Below are positions 11,091 to 25,001 of a stretch of DNA of 64,000 nucleotides, piece after piece (the stretch's first letter is position 1; each line of letters begins with the position of its first letter). Origin of the DNA: Yuukianura sp. NJ FZ-2021. Its lineage: Eukaryota. A program made the translations under genes and the position numbers. The notes beneath the pieces were generated by a model that saw only the letters and a list, made by a program, of their open reading frames with translations, was not told the origin of the DNA and searched no databases. Location: contig CM102289.1 in NCBI GenBank assembly GCA_046563655.1, positions 3,596,001 to 3,660,000 of the forward strand, in the 5' to 3' direction.

Positions 11091-14000
11091 ATGCTTCGCT
11101 TTGAAATTATTTTTGTTCTTCTTCAGTACCTGAGTTACGGAAGCTCTTATACTCTTAAAATAGAAGGCGACCTTGGTAATGTGTTTCCGATTGCCCCATC
11201 TTATGATGGAAACAGAACCATATATTTTTTGAATCTTCACGGCCAACATCCTCTCCACTACGTCAAAGATGTTCGCAAGTTTTGTTTTTGCGGCAACGGC
11301 AGTTTCTCCATTCTGCCTGTTGTCGACATGCCGAGAAAAAGTGACGTAGAAATACTCAGAGCTGTTTCATCCGGTAGCAGCGGAGAGTTTGTGGGTGACA
11401 TTTACTTTTTAACCATCTCTGCAGATTTATTCAAATTTACGGCAAAAACACAAGAACTAAGTGTTATTTCCAGTGTGTCATACCCCATTGAAAAATTCCT
11501 ACCGTCGATCTCTAATCTTGTGGTGTCGGATTCGCGCGTTTACTTTATTGGTATTGAAAATTACCTTGGTCGGTACCATCTAATGCGTATCGATATTTCA
11601 ACAAATAAAACGGAAATCGTGAGTCTCTTTCCGCCTAAACTTCAGCTATACTGGATCAGAACTCTGCTTGTTTCAGATTCACAGAAGAACTTATACGTGT
11701 TTGGTGATTTTGATGGAAAAGTGGTGAGAGTGATAATGCTAGGTTACATTCGATTTGAGTTACTCAAACTCAGAACATCCATCAACACATACTATTGCAA
11801 CCTTCTTCAAGTTAAGGACATGGTTGCTTTTTTTGATGGATGGGATTTACGTACAATTCATTTGAAAAAAGAAGCTGAAGTCTTGGACGCGGCAGACAAA
11901 ACCGCTGGCCATGACACAATAAGCGGAACTGTGTATGCCAAAAACATGAATAAAATATTTGTGTTTGTTTTACCAGAAGTGGAATCAACCTGGAATATTG
12001 CGAACAATTTCTCACTTGCAAGTATAGAATTACTATGTAAGGACTTAATGGAAACAATTTTGATACAAAGTAAACATAGGGTTTTGTGAACTTTAATACG
12101 ACTTCTTTTGTTCCTGTGACTGTCCAAAAAAAGTGTTGTAGCACAAACTGATATAATACAATCAGAATTCATAAAACACTAACTACATACGATAAAATTC
12201 AAAATACACTGATAATTTTTTTAATATTCTGTGTTTTTGGAAATAGGTGGCGAGCTATCGGAGGAAACAGGGGAGACGCACTTAAAAACAGAAGGTGAAA
12301 ACATTACTTTAAAGTGCAAAGTTCCAAAAAGCCCGAAGTCGTTTATACACTGGTCAACAAGTAAAAATCGAACATTCGATGGGCAAGTGCTGGAATACCA
12401 CCATAAGTACCTCTTCATACAAAATATTTCACGCGGATTTAGCTCATATACATGTAATATTGAAAATTTCTGTGGGAACGAGACTCGCCTTTTAAGCATA
12501 TCCGCTAGGCGTAAGTTCATTAAATATACCAATAAATTTATTTTCGAATTCAAATTCAGTTAGCCGACGTGTGTGTGGCTTTTCAAAATAGTTTGTGGAT
12601 TTGCTAAATACATTATAAATCGTTATGAATTTTTTTCAGCTAACACACCCAAACCGGATACATTTACTACAACTGAACCCAAATCCAATTCACCCGTTTT
12701 AATCGTCATTACCTTGGTTGTTTTGTTTGTTCTAATTGCGTCCATCTCGACAGCAGTGTTCCTCTTCGTGAAGTACAAGGTAAATGGACGTGTCTCGGCA
12801 ATGCTGCGAGTTGCTAATTCGAGAAATTTTGAAAACCATAACTTTGGATATCTTTATCACAAAAATGAACACTGTCGTTTCAGAGAAATAATGCAGGCAT
12901 AAAAGTTGGAAAAGCAGAAATAGATGAGTTCAAGCTAGGACAACTTCCTTCGACAGCCAAAAGCGAAGATAAAAGTGAAATTGAGCAACACACATACTCA
13001 CAACCGTACGACGTTGCTTACGAATTAGACTTAAACGATCTGCTGATTCGTAAGTAACTTTTTTTTTATTAAAGGCATAACGACAACACGCAGTGATTTT
13101 TTCTAAAAGCAGAACAAGATTTTGTGCTCGGAGAAGGTCAATTTGGAATCGTGTACAAAGGACTGGTACAAGAACGCGGAAAACTTGAATTGGCGGCATT
13201 CAAGACAACGCGACCTAGCGAAGATAAGGAATCTGCACGCCGCGGATTACAAAGTCTCTTACGTGAACTGAAACTCATGATTTACATTGGGCATCACCCT
13301 AACATTACTCGACTCATTGGAGCGAATACAGCTCAATTGAAAAGAGGAGTTGCCTACATTGTACTTGAATATTGTTCTAAGGGAAGCCTGGAAACGCTGC
13401 TCAAAGGAACTAAACATTCAACGGCAAGCGATATTGCAATCAATCACGAGTAAGAAATTTCATCTATTCCAATTTTTTATGATTTTAAAACAGAAAAACA
13501 ATTTAATACATTTTAAATTTTTGAGAAGCGAGAACACGGAAACTGTTACACCGACAATGCAGTGTGATTGGGCACTTCAAATTGCAAGGGGAATGGAATA
13601 TCTAGCACAAAAGAAGGTATTTAGAATTTTGGCGGGAAGTTGTAAATATGTGACAGTGTCTTATTCAAGGTAATCCATTCTGACTTGGCCTGTCGAAATG
13701 TGCTTGTGACCTCTGACTTTTCCATCCGTATCAATGACTTTGGCCTCTCCCGACGGTTAGAGAATTACTCAAATTATGTAAAAACTGGAAGTGAACCGTT
13801 ACCATGGCGATGGATGGCTCCGGAGTCTCTGGAATGTCGGAACTTCTCAACTCAGTCCGACGTGTGGTCTTACGGAGTAACTTTGTGGGAAATTTATTCC
13901 ATGGGCAGAACTCCATACTCTGGTCAGATATGGTCCAAAGACTTTGTACAACAACTCAAGCGTGCCGAATTTCTGGAACATCCAGAGCATACGCCAGATG

Positions 14001-14217
14001 AAATGTTCGTATATTTATAGTATATCCAAAAAATCTGTGTAACTTTTCCAACAAATTATTTAAACATCAAAATTTAACAGCACGAATTAATTTTTTTAGT
14101 TACGATATAATGAAGAACTGCTGGGCTCTGGAAACGTCCCAAAGGCCGAGCTTTGAAGAACTTGCGCGTTTCTTCCAAGAAATTAGTTACAAAAACCATA
14201 ATATTGTATACATTTAG
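11091..14217 (+). CDS. Receptor tyrosine kinase (PVR/VEGFR-like kinase) with beta-propeller-like + single Ig ectodomain
   Basis: Signal peptide; phase-1 splice 12036/12247 joins the ~315-aa first exon to an Ig exon (ITLKC..IHW..YTC); TM VLIVITLVVLFVLIASISTAVFLFV; QPYD..YEL; GEGQFGIV; HSDLACRN; DFG; LPWRWMAPE; SDVWSYGV; CW..RPSF. Confidence 0.88.
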
Positions 14218-15091
14218 GCGTTGTACATTGTATGCATCTAGGTTTTTCATTTATTTTTTTCACTTCATTTATTTCAACATTTTTATAATCACGAACTATT
14301 TTTTAATTGCGAAGTACATCTTCCTTGAAAAAAAAAACCTCACGTTCTCTCAACTTTCTTATAAACCAGCAACTGAACATTCCAAAGCAACCTCAATTAT
14401 ACTTTGAAAGAACAATTGTTCAGAAGTAGGGGAAGAAGATTGCTCAACGCAATTGAAATTTCAGTATATATTCAGTTCAATTGCGCCGATTGTGAATATA
14501 ATAAAATCTCCAATACTTGTCGTTGAGACATTTCATGAGTGACCTGAATGTTCCTTGTACATTGACTGTGCACGTGGAGCATGAAAATAATTTATCGACG
14601 TGCATGTTTTTTTTGGATCAATAATACCAATTTGGATCAAATAATAAGTACTTTTTTTCTCTTTTTTTTCGGATTGGAAAAAAAATTTGGATCCCTTTTC
14701 ATGTCTGCCATGTAAATTATGTTGCGATGAATATAAAATATCTTATCCCAAATGTAACAGGTTTGGCAGTTGTCCAAATTTATAATTTTCAGAAAACACC
14801 GGCAATGATGTTTATCAGATACATGTATCCAGTAGAGTCTCCTACAAACCTAGGCAGAGTGACATATAACAGAAGGATTCAATTTTTTGTTTGATGTTAC
14901 CGCTCTTCGATTCTAATCAGAAACATCCACTTTTACCACGCTACATTTTAAATGTTAATTTTAAAAAGAAACGGCAAGGTCTTGCCCAAAGCCATCATTT
15001 AGAAAGTTACTACAATAGTCTACAGACAGAAATCCTACAAAACGTTTCAGTTTAGCACGGTCATATTGCTGGTAAACCAGAATTCTTAAGC

Positions 15092-16429
15092 ATGATATCA
15101 ACTACGGCCTTGAAACATTTACAGCGCTTACAACTAGGCAACCGTATTTCCCTGACATCCCTATGCATCAGCGTGGCTCCACACGTGCACAACGTTGCTG
15201 TTGCATACCGTTCCATAAACAAAAGGCAGAGAGCGATTGTTGTTGGCACATTTCTGGCACTTATTTTAGCCTGTCTTGCTGTAATAATTACGTACGATTT
15301 GACGACAGTGAACCCATTGGCATATCGTATCGTCGGGTTTAGCATAGGATTGCTTCTTGCCATCGGTATCGTCATACTCACCGTTGCATACACTGCTGAG
15401 GAATTTCTCATTGCCATTCTCTCCAACGCAACAAAAATGTACTCAAGTAATGGTAATCATTTAGCACCAACCAATACAACCTGACTTAATGCATTAGTTT
15501 TTATCTGGTAATCATTTTCATTAGTTATGTTTATGTTCCATGGAATTTAGCATCACTTTCCGTGGTCAATACGAAGGAAGATGATCGTACCATGCTTCTG
15601 AACTACTTATTTGCATTTTTTATCACCATATCAGTAGCGAATCCAATACCAATAATTGCGTTGATAGAACTCGATTTTCATGTATTTACCGTTCTCGGAT
15701 ATTCTTTCGTAACAGAAATTTGCCATGCACAACTATACTATCCCATTCTTGCGCTATTTTTTTCAATTGAAATTTTGATCTTTTCAACGGTAACATTCTA
15801 CGCCTACAAACTGCTCACTATTACCATAGTCGCATTTAGCATCTGGATGAGTGTACTTGAAAATGCAAAAATGTAAGAACTTCCATTTACCAAACAGTGT
15901 AAGACATTGAACTTCATAAATTGTAGCTAATTTTAAAAATATTCATTTGTTTCACATTTTCAGATACGTCACTACTTACACTGACATAGATACAAAAGCT
16001 GTTATAAAACTGCTTCGCGAATACACCATTACCGTTATTCATTTTACCGCAGAAATGAAAGAATGGGTTGGACTCCTTGTTGCGATTTTGACTACCTTCT
16101 CATCAATGTTATTCTTTTGTTTGTGGTTCTGCTATGAAATATGTGAATCTATCATTACTTTGTATGGAGTTATCATGTTGTTTGGGGCACTGTTCCTACT
16201 ACGTGAAATTTGTACTTACTCTGCAATGGTTGGCATGATTGGAACCAAACTCAGGGAATCATTGAGAGCACAAAAACTAACGCCATATGAACGGAAGTTA
16301 GTCCGAAGTTACCGCCCTGTAAACATCCCAATTAGTTCATTCAATGCTATTGGGTGGAAAACTTTCCCGTATTTGCTGAGTGATCTCATCATTCTCCCGT
16401 CGATTAACTTGTTCTTTGCATTTCGCTAG
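15092..16429 (+). CDS. Multi-pass membrane protein, arthropod gustatory/odorant chemoreceptor-like (3 exons)
   Basis: Three consecutive hydrophobic ORFs giving ~7 TM segments and ~380 aa; basic loop (ERKLVRSYRPVNI) before the final TM, as in the gene at 58737. Confidence 0.6.
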
Positions 16430-16716
16430 TAGCCCTGTCGCTTTCCAAAATTAAATCAAGGTTGCATATAGCAGATACTCTGCAACCTGTCAAGTGCACA
16501 TTATCAATATCTAGCCATATACATAAGTACAAAATTACATTACATCATGTAGTCAAAAGTTACATATTAAATTTAACCTGCATGTTACTACATTTTATTA
16601 CTCAAATACACGTTACTATTCTAAGTTTAATTTTCAATGTGTTGTACTGCGTTGCTTATCATCGACAAGATGTTGCCGCAGAGAATGCACTCTATGCTGC
16701 ACTGCCTCGATATTAC

Positions 16717-17972
16717 TCATATCTTGTCGTAGAACTCCTTAATGGTCTTCAATACAAAGCATGGAATAATTCTGAAAATTAAAAAAAAAATTAGAAAATG
16801 GTCTTTTCTTTATTAATTTAAGACTTTTGAGCTAAATTCTTTACGATTTAATTAACACCATAAACCGGACGCCCCAACAATTAATTAAAAAGTTTTCGTT
16901 GCTCAAAATGGCATCCATCATTTCCTCTACAACTGGCTCAGGCTCTCTGATTGGCAGCAGTAGAGACGATTTCCAGGGCTTGAAGTCTTTGCCCTGATGC
17001 TGTATCAAAGGTGTCCGGCACAGGTATGGACAGATGACTGTTGTTGTAATTTTTGCATCAGGGTACGCAACCTAACATACTCATGAATTATAGAAAGACC
17101 AAGTATTTTTTAAAACTGCGTTTTTTTATTTTTTTAGCGTTTCACGCGTTACCATTTTCCTGTGCATGGTACAAATATTACCTTTAATTGTTTCGTCAAC
17201 GATTCATGTAGCCCGATTACTGCATATTTTGTTGCACAGTATACAGGAATTCTTGGAGATCCAAAAAGTCCTGCCGCAGAAGCCATTGTCACAATGTGTC
17301 CGGATCCCGCCGAGATCATTGCGGGGAGAAATGCTTTTATTGTCTTAACCAAATCGAAATTTATATTTAAAATGTTTAACTATTTTTACTTGCATCAACT
17401 CCACATGTTATTAAAAAAGAAGTCAGGAAATTAATTCTGTACCCGAAAATGTGCCAGAACATTGACTTGAAACATGTTTTCGGCAACTTCGTCCTCAACG
17501 TCGACAAAATTTGTGTCACACCCAATTCCAGCATTGTTTATCAGAATATCGATTTTGCCCACTTCAGCTTGGACTTTAGCAGCCGCTGCATAAACTTGTT
17601 CTCCAGAAGACACGTCAACTACGTACGAAAAGCAGGTTCCGCCTCCTCTTTTAATTATTTCCACAGTTTCTGCCAAACCTAATTTTTTACGCTGTCATTT
17701 TCTTGCAATTTAAATAATTAATTAATAATTGAAGCAAGATTAAACCCAACAGATTTATTGACATCCCAAATTACAACAATGGCTTCATGGCGCAACGCGA
17801 ATTTTGTCGCTAGCAAACGGCCGAACCCGGAGGCATTTCCTGTGATCAGGATAATTTGGTTTTTGACATTTTTCTGAACAAATCTTTTTGGAAGCAAGCA
17901 AAGAACAACTGTGTAGATGATGGCCACTGGGAACAGCAAAAATCCAGTGACGAGATTCGTTATAGTTGACAT
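16717..17972 (-). CDS. Short-chain dehydrogenase/reductase (SDR16C / retinol dehydrogenase / 17bHSD11-like)
   Basis: N-terminal membrane anchor, ITGNASGFG, DILINNAG, GHIVTMASAAG, YCATK, TTVICPY. Confidence 0.9.
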
Positions 17973-19239
17973 CCTGAAAATGGAATGAGCATAAAATGGT
18001 TTCACAGACAGGAATATCCAATAAATGAAATTAGTGCAAGGATAGCCTTCGATTCTGAAATAAACTGGTAGTTTTACAGTTCTTTTTTTGTGAATTTATG
18101 AACTACGACAATTAAACCTCGTATGCATAACTTCGATTGTTACTAACGTACGGACATCTGCCAACTTTAAAACTTCCCCCTCCCGTTTAAAAATATAGGA
18201 TCACGGTAACCTAACCTAAACAATAGTAAACCTGATTTAAAAATTAGGCTTTTTGTTAACAAAAATAGATCTGGAAGTTTAAAAATAAATTGGGATCAAC
18301 TTGACAATAAATTGTGCTCGATTCTTTCTTACATGCATTTTTGAAAAAGAATTCCAAGATGTAGGAAAAGTTAGCGCACAAACAGTATTAATCGTCAAAT
18401 GACAAAAGCGTTACATTTTTTGAAATAATCTTTGTCACAGAATTTGTATGGTTATTACGTCCATAAATTTCAGTGTTGATATGCATGCCTATTTTTATAC
18501 ATAAATTACAACAAAATTATGTTTCAGTTGTTACCTTGCCCCAAACTTTATCATGGTTGATGTCTGACATCGGATAATGCTCGTAATGGCATATGCCTTT
18601 ATATAATTCATGGGACAAAAAATTCTCTTATGATGATTTCGAATAAATTTCATTTTTGACGTTATTAAGTGTGCCCGCTTTAGTTTTTGTACTTAAAAAT
18701 TTTAGAGTCAAGGTCCCGACAAAATGGGAAACGGGTCAACGAATTTTTTTTGCTCCAAACGTTCAAATCGTTTGAAATATGATAAAACGAGAATAAAAGA
18801 AAAAAAAATATTCGATGAGAAAATCTGTAGGAACCAATTTGATGCCGATAAAACATAAGTCAGCAATTTAGTCATACAAAGTTATGGAACATGCTCTTAT
18901 GCTTATGCTTTATGGTCACATGCTACTCGTACGTAGCACTGTATAATACTTACCAAGGTTATCTCTGACTTGTGTTTTATAATAAATTCTACCCTTTCAT
19001 TTAATCACAAAACCAAAACCGCGAGTAGTGTTTGGAAATCCTCGTTATTGTCAAGGTCAGCAGAGGTCATTTTTTGCACAAAGCTTTGCAAGTGAAGTTT
19101 TCATGTTATTGTTCAAGTTCATCTTCAACTTATTTTTTCATCAAATACATCAGTCGACGTCATCACTTCACTTGAACTGTCATTTTGCATTAAACATCGC
19201 CGTTCTTGGCCCACACATTTCAACTTCACCATTATTGTA

Positions 19240-21579
19240 ATGATTTCTGCTGTGTATTTGGTGTTATTTTTCCTGTTCTTATATCTTTTTCGGACTGTTT
19301 TGCACAAATCTAATTACAAATGGCCTCCAGGTAACATTTTCCTTCCAAATTATTCCAGTCAACTTTTATTAAATTACATTCCAAATGGTTCATCTGAGTA
19401 AAATTAAGTAATGTTGAATGACATATTACAGGTCCTATGCAGTTGCCGTTCATTGGATCAATTATTTCGGTCATTTGGGCTGACTGTCGCAACCCCGCTC
19501 TAGCCTTTGTCAAATTGAGCAAGAAATACGGACCAATCTTTAGTCTTAAACTTGGAACAGTTAACACGGGTTAAGTCAAAGTTGAAAGTAAGGTTTAAAT
19601 TAATTCGAAAATAATACATAAAAAAAATACTCTACAGTGGTGGTGAGCAGCCACAAACTTCTATTCGAAGTGCAATCATCGGATAAGTTGTTGTCTCGTA
19701 TTGACACAGATGACGTCTGGCTACTTGAAAAAAGTGACCAACTTCCACTTGGTATAGACATTATTGCAATAAATCCAAAAACTGGTTCAACTTTTAAAAA
19801 AAATGCAAATAGTATTAACATTCTGATTGATAAATTATAGGTATTTTGTTCGGTTTACCTGAATATGGTATGAAGACTAGGTGGATGGTACAGAAAATGT
19901 TCCGCGAGTTTGGATTTCACTCGAGTTACCATACCGAATTAATAGTTCTTGAAGAAATTGTTGAGTTTTGTGACTCACTTAAGCGGGGCATGACCAACGG
20001 CCAAATTTGTTTAAAAATGAAAGACCAATTTTTGCCGGTGTTCTACAACACCATTTGGAATTTGTTAACGCGGAAAAAGTGTACTTCAGACGACACTCGT
20101 TTTCAACAAAACGCCATTAACGACGTGCTGAGTTTTGTCAATTCCGGAGCAATTAGCGGGAGTTTGGGAATTCTTTTTCCGGAGCTAGTCAAAATGTTTC
20201 CAAATGTCACCGGGTACACCAAATATCAAGTTTTTTGTGAAACATGGCGACAAAATACGAGGGTAATAAGTCAAAGTTGAAATTCTGAAACATTTTGAAT
20301 AAAAATTGGAGTTAATTGATTTTATCTGTGCAAGGACGCCGTGGCTCATCATCGGAGGAATACAAATTCTGCTGCGCCTGACAACTTTTTAGATTCATTT
20401 TTAGAAAAGGTAGAAGTCACAGGGACACCCACAAATCCCTTAGATTCAATTTACACAGGTACCTTACTTCAAAAATATTTGAATCGTATATATTACTACC
20501 TGAGTATAAACTCTTTAACTGTAAAAGGCTTAGTAAATTCAAACAAAAGAGAAAACACAATTTTTTTATATATTAGAGCAGAACCTTATAGCAACTGTGC
20601 AGGATCTAATTGCCGGTGGAACCGACACGCAGGCGAGTTTTATGAATTTTTTTATTCGCTACCTGCTTCAAAACCCACAAATTCAAGAGGAATTGTATGC
20701 GGAAGTGGATCTGGTCTTCGGAAACTCGAATCCCGTCAACGTCGATGACATAATCAAGTATATGAGAAAAAACTAAGTTATACAACGTAACTTAGCTAGG
20801 TTCCCTAACCTAGGTTACGGAATCTATTTTTTATCTAATTTAACCTAATATTTTGAAAACTTTTGTCATTTTAGGTTGACCCGCACTCAAGCGTTTATTT
20901 ACGAAGTTCTCCGGTAAAGAAACAATGTTTTAATTTTAAATTAAAAATGTTAAACAACGTTAAAATTAAAAAAAAGAAAAAGTGTCAGGATTTCGATTTA
21001 ATTGGATTTTCTTGTGGATGTTGATTTTTAGGCACGCTAGCATCGTCCCTATATCTCCAAGAAAGTTATTGGATGATTGGGAGGTAAACGGCTACCGAAT
21101 TCCAAAGGTTAGATAACTCAACCTCAATTTAAAAAAAAATGTTTTAAAACATTAATTGGAAATGCAGGGTACGTTTGTTGCCATCAACTTGTATGGAATT
21201 AGTAGAGACGAAGAGGTTTGGGAGGATGCAGAGACGTTCAATCCTAAAAGATTTCTCTCTCCGGAAAACAAACTCATCAATACCGACAAAATATTTGCTT
21301 TTGGATTTGGTAAATGTTAACGAATACAACGTTTAATTTCAAAATTTGGAAAATTAGTTTCTCAAACGAGTTTTTTTTTTGAATATTTGTTTAGGAAAGA
21401 GACGGTGCATAGGGGAGTCTCTTGCGAAGACAAATTTGATGCTTATAATCGCCACTTTGGTCCAGCAATTTAGTTTCCACGTGGATCCAGCGTACGGAGT
21501 TCCTTCGGACGAAGTTGTAGTTGGACTTGGACGAGAAGCAGCTCCTTACCACGTAGTTATTAAAGCAAGGCAACATTAA
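19240..21579 (+). CDS. Cytochrome P450, CYP2 clan (paralogue A)
   Basis: PPGP after TM anchor; DLIAGGTDT I-helix; EVLR; FNPKRF; FGFGKRRCIGE heme motif across introns. Confidence 0.93.
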
Positions 21580-22206
21580 GACTAATTTTTAAATCAGAAA
21601 GTGCATTCTCCAACAAAAGTTAAAAAAAAAAATATGTGGCTGTTGTTTCCCAACTTTTGTTGTTTTTTTTTTGCTTAAACTTCAAGGTAAAATCCAACAC
21701 TAGGATATAATCTTTGTATTTGCTTATTCCAAGGCAAACTGATCTTCCTTTGCATTTGCAGTTCTACAAAAAAAAACAACTTTGACTTAGGAATTACTAA
21801 AAGTCGTAAAGCATGCTTGGAGAAACTTAACAAAAGCTGATACTCCCGAGGTCGACTTCTTTTTTGGAAATGAAATATGCAAATTCAATTTAACACAATT
21901 GTTGCACTCGAACTTACATTTTGTATTAATACGACGTCGCCTTTTGCGATTCCAGCATCTAAACTTTAGAACTGCAATCCTGTGGCACTGCAAATTAATT
22001 ATCACTTTAGCATTACTTATCTGTAACACATAAAAAAACACCTCATTGTGGATAACCACTAGCTCCGAGGTCAACAAGGCTACTTTTTGTATATAAAAGC
22101 AAGTTGGTTATGCTAACGATAAGTTTTGCAACATAATTAAACATTCACACTGTACTATCTTTGTGACTTAGCAGTTCTTGGCAACGCCATAACCTTAGCA
22201 TACAAA

Positions 22207-24730
22207 ATGCATTTCTTACTGCAGTTCTTCATATTTTTGCTGTTTTTATATATCTTTTGGAATGTTTTGAGCAAATCCAAGTACAAGTTGCCGCCAGGTA
22301 CTTAATTTTGTTTTACACATTCTTACATCTCAAGATTATTGAAATAATTTTGAAATAATTTCTTTTAAATATTTCCAAGGTCCTATGCAGTTACCATTGA
22401 TTGGATCAATGATTTCCGTACTTTGGGCGGACTCTAAAAACCCCATGCAAGCTTTCGTGAAGATGAGCAAAACGTATGGACCAATCTTCAGTCTCAAACT
22501 GGGATCTGTTACAACTGGTTAAACTAAAATTTTTAATTAAAATTCATATTCAAATTGCGACAATTAAAGTTTAAAACGTAAAATTTCTCTGCAGTTGTCC
22601 TGAGCAGCCATGAACTTTTATCCAGGGTGCAATTTTCAGACAAGTTGTTGGTGCGTTTTGACATGGACGACGTCTGGGTGCTTGAAAAAAGCGCTCAGCT
22701 TCCAATTGGTATGAGTTTCAATTGACAAAACTACAAAAAGGAAGAAATCTTACAAAGTTTATGAGCGATTATCACAATTGTTCATTAAAATGACAGGGCT
22801 TATGCTCAGTTTTAATGAGTTTTGGGTCAAAACTCGTTCGATGCTACAAAAAACTTTGCACCAATGCGGATTTCATTCCAGTTCCAAAATTGAAGCAACA
22901 GTTCTTGATGAAATTGCTGACTTTTGTGAATCACTTCAACAACGCATGACAAATGGACAAGTTTCTTTGAAAATTGAAACTCAGTTTTCTGAATTAGTTT
23001 TTAATAGTATTTGGAAGTTACTGACTGGGAAAAAGTTCACTTCGGAAGATACATCCAGTCGGCAAGCTATTTTCACTTCCATGAAAGATTTTGTCAGTTC
23101 CGGAAGCTATGGCGCCATGTCAGCTATGCTCTTCCCGAAACTAATAAAACTATTTCCAAATCTTACGGGTTACACTAAATATAAACGGAGCTGCGAAATG
23201 TGGCGGAAACAGACAGACGTAAATATTATTACAAAATTTCGCCGTTAAAAACACAATGTCCCTTTTTAAAAAATATGTTTATTTCAGGATATTGTGGCGC
23301 AGCATATTAAAACCACAAATCCGGAAACAGAACCAGACAACTTTCTAAACATATTTTTAGCGAAACTGGATGCCAAAGATTCGCACGAGAATCCTATGAA
23401 TTCCGTTTATACAAGTAAGTCAAAAATATTAATCGATCAGTTCAGTTTTTGAAAATAAAATTCCTATTTCAAAATCTTAATTTCTTTTCGAATTTTATAA
23501 ACACGAACTAATCTCCTATAAGCCAGGAAGCAACTTGGTAGCAGTTGTGCAAGATCTTTTTGGTGCTGGAATTGACACGCAGTCAAATTTCCCAAAATTT
23601 TTTATTCGCTACTTACTACAAAATCCACTGGTTCAAGACCAAATTTATGCCGAAGTAGATCAAGTTCTAGGAAAGTCTCAGTGTGCAAGTGTCGATGACA
23701 TACCCAAGTACGTTTCTGTTCTATTTTGTTCAATTTTTTTATCCAAGGTTCCTTAACAACAAAAAGATTTTCTTTAAAAAGTTGGGTGCTACCTCGCTTG
23801 TTGACAGAAAAACGAAAAAAAAACAAAAATTGGTACCAATTTTAGTTCCAATCCAAAAATTGCTACCAATTCGTATTCAAAATTTAAAAAATTCGGCTGT
23901 ATATTGTTATGACAACGTCGGCCGTATCGTGCCCTGAAATGAAAACACAATTTTTTGCAAAAGCAAAAGAACATGAGGTATTACCCAACCTGTTAAAAAA
24001 ATCAATATGAACAAACCTTGTTTTTTAATGTAGTTAATAGTTTTTTTTCAAATGGTTAGGTTGATTTACACTCAAGCGGTTATGTACGAAGTCCTTAGGT
24101 GAGTATTTATCTACTTCGTGCTTACTTTTGCTAAGACATGATTTGAAAGTTCATTTTCAATTTACATCAGGCTCAGCAGCCTTGTACCTGTTTCCCCTAG
24201 AAAATTAATAGATGACTGGGAAGTTAATGGCTTCCTTATCCCAAAGGTTAGTGACACGTTTTAAAAGCCCTGTTTTAAAAAGTGCCTTACTTTTAATGAC
24301 GCCTTTTAACACAGGGTACACTAGTAGCAGTCAACATTTTTGGAATTGACAGAGACGAAACAGTATGGAAGAACGCAGAAACGTTCAGCCCCGAAAGATT
24401 TCTTTCCCCGCAACGCAAACTCATAAATACCGAGAAAATATTTTCTTTCGGATACGGTATGCATCGATGACTTTGCCTCTGAATTGCTGAAAAATGTTTA
24501 ATTTAAAGAAAACTTTCATAATGATTGTGTTTTTAAACTCTCTAGGAAAAAGAAATTGCATAGGAGAGCACCTTGCGAAAACCAATTTGATGCTGTTAAT
24601 AGCAACTTTGGTTCAGAAATTCAGTTTCCATGTTGATCCAGCATTTGGAACTCCAGCAGACGAAAATATTCTCGGACTATCGCGAGACCCAGCTCCCTTC
24701 AACGTAGTTATTAAAGCTAGACAAATGTGA
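22207..24730 (+). CDS. Cytochrome P450, CYP2 clan (paralogue B)
   Basis: Same exon structure as A; DLFGAGIDT; EVLR; FSPERF; FGYGKRNCIGE. Confidence 0.93.
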
Positions 24731-25001
24731 AAGCAGTTTTAAAAGTACAAGCAATTATTGATCCGCCAATCTTTAATTTTCTTGTCGTAGTGCCAATGTT
24801 AATGTTTTTTCTTGAAGTTTTTTTTAGTAGTAATACAAACATCATTGTTCATTTCCATGTGGAGTAAACGCAGTGCCTATTTAGGTTTGAATTTATTCTT
24901 GTATGGCCTATTCCTAACGGCATTAACTTGTAAAATTCACTTTGCCAAAGTTTGAGAACCTTGAAAAATTACTTCTCATTTGGAGTTTGAGTTTTATGAG
25001 T

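Noticed and set aside
11812..12553. Minus-strand ORFs over the RTK (and similar antisense ORFs over the CYPs, lipase, CK2alpha and chemoreceptors)
   Set aside because: Shadow frames of well-supported genes on the opposite strand
18205..18220. Telomere or interstitial telomeric array (TAACC repeats here and elsewhere)
   Set aside because: Only 2-3 units at each site; too short to call
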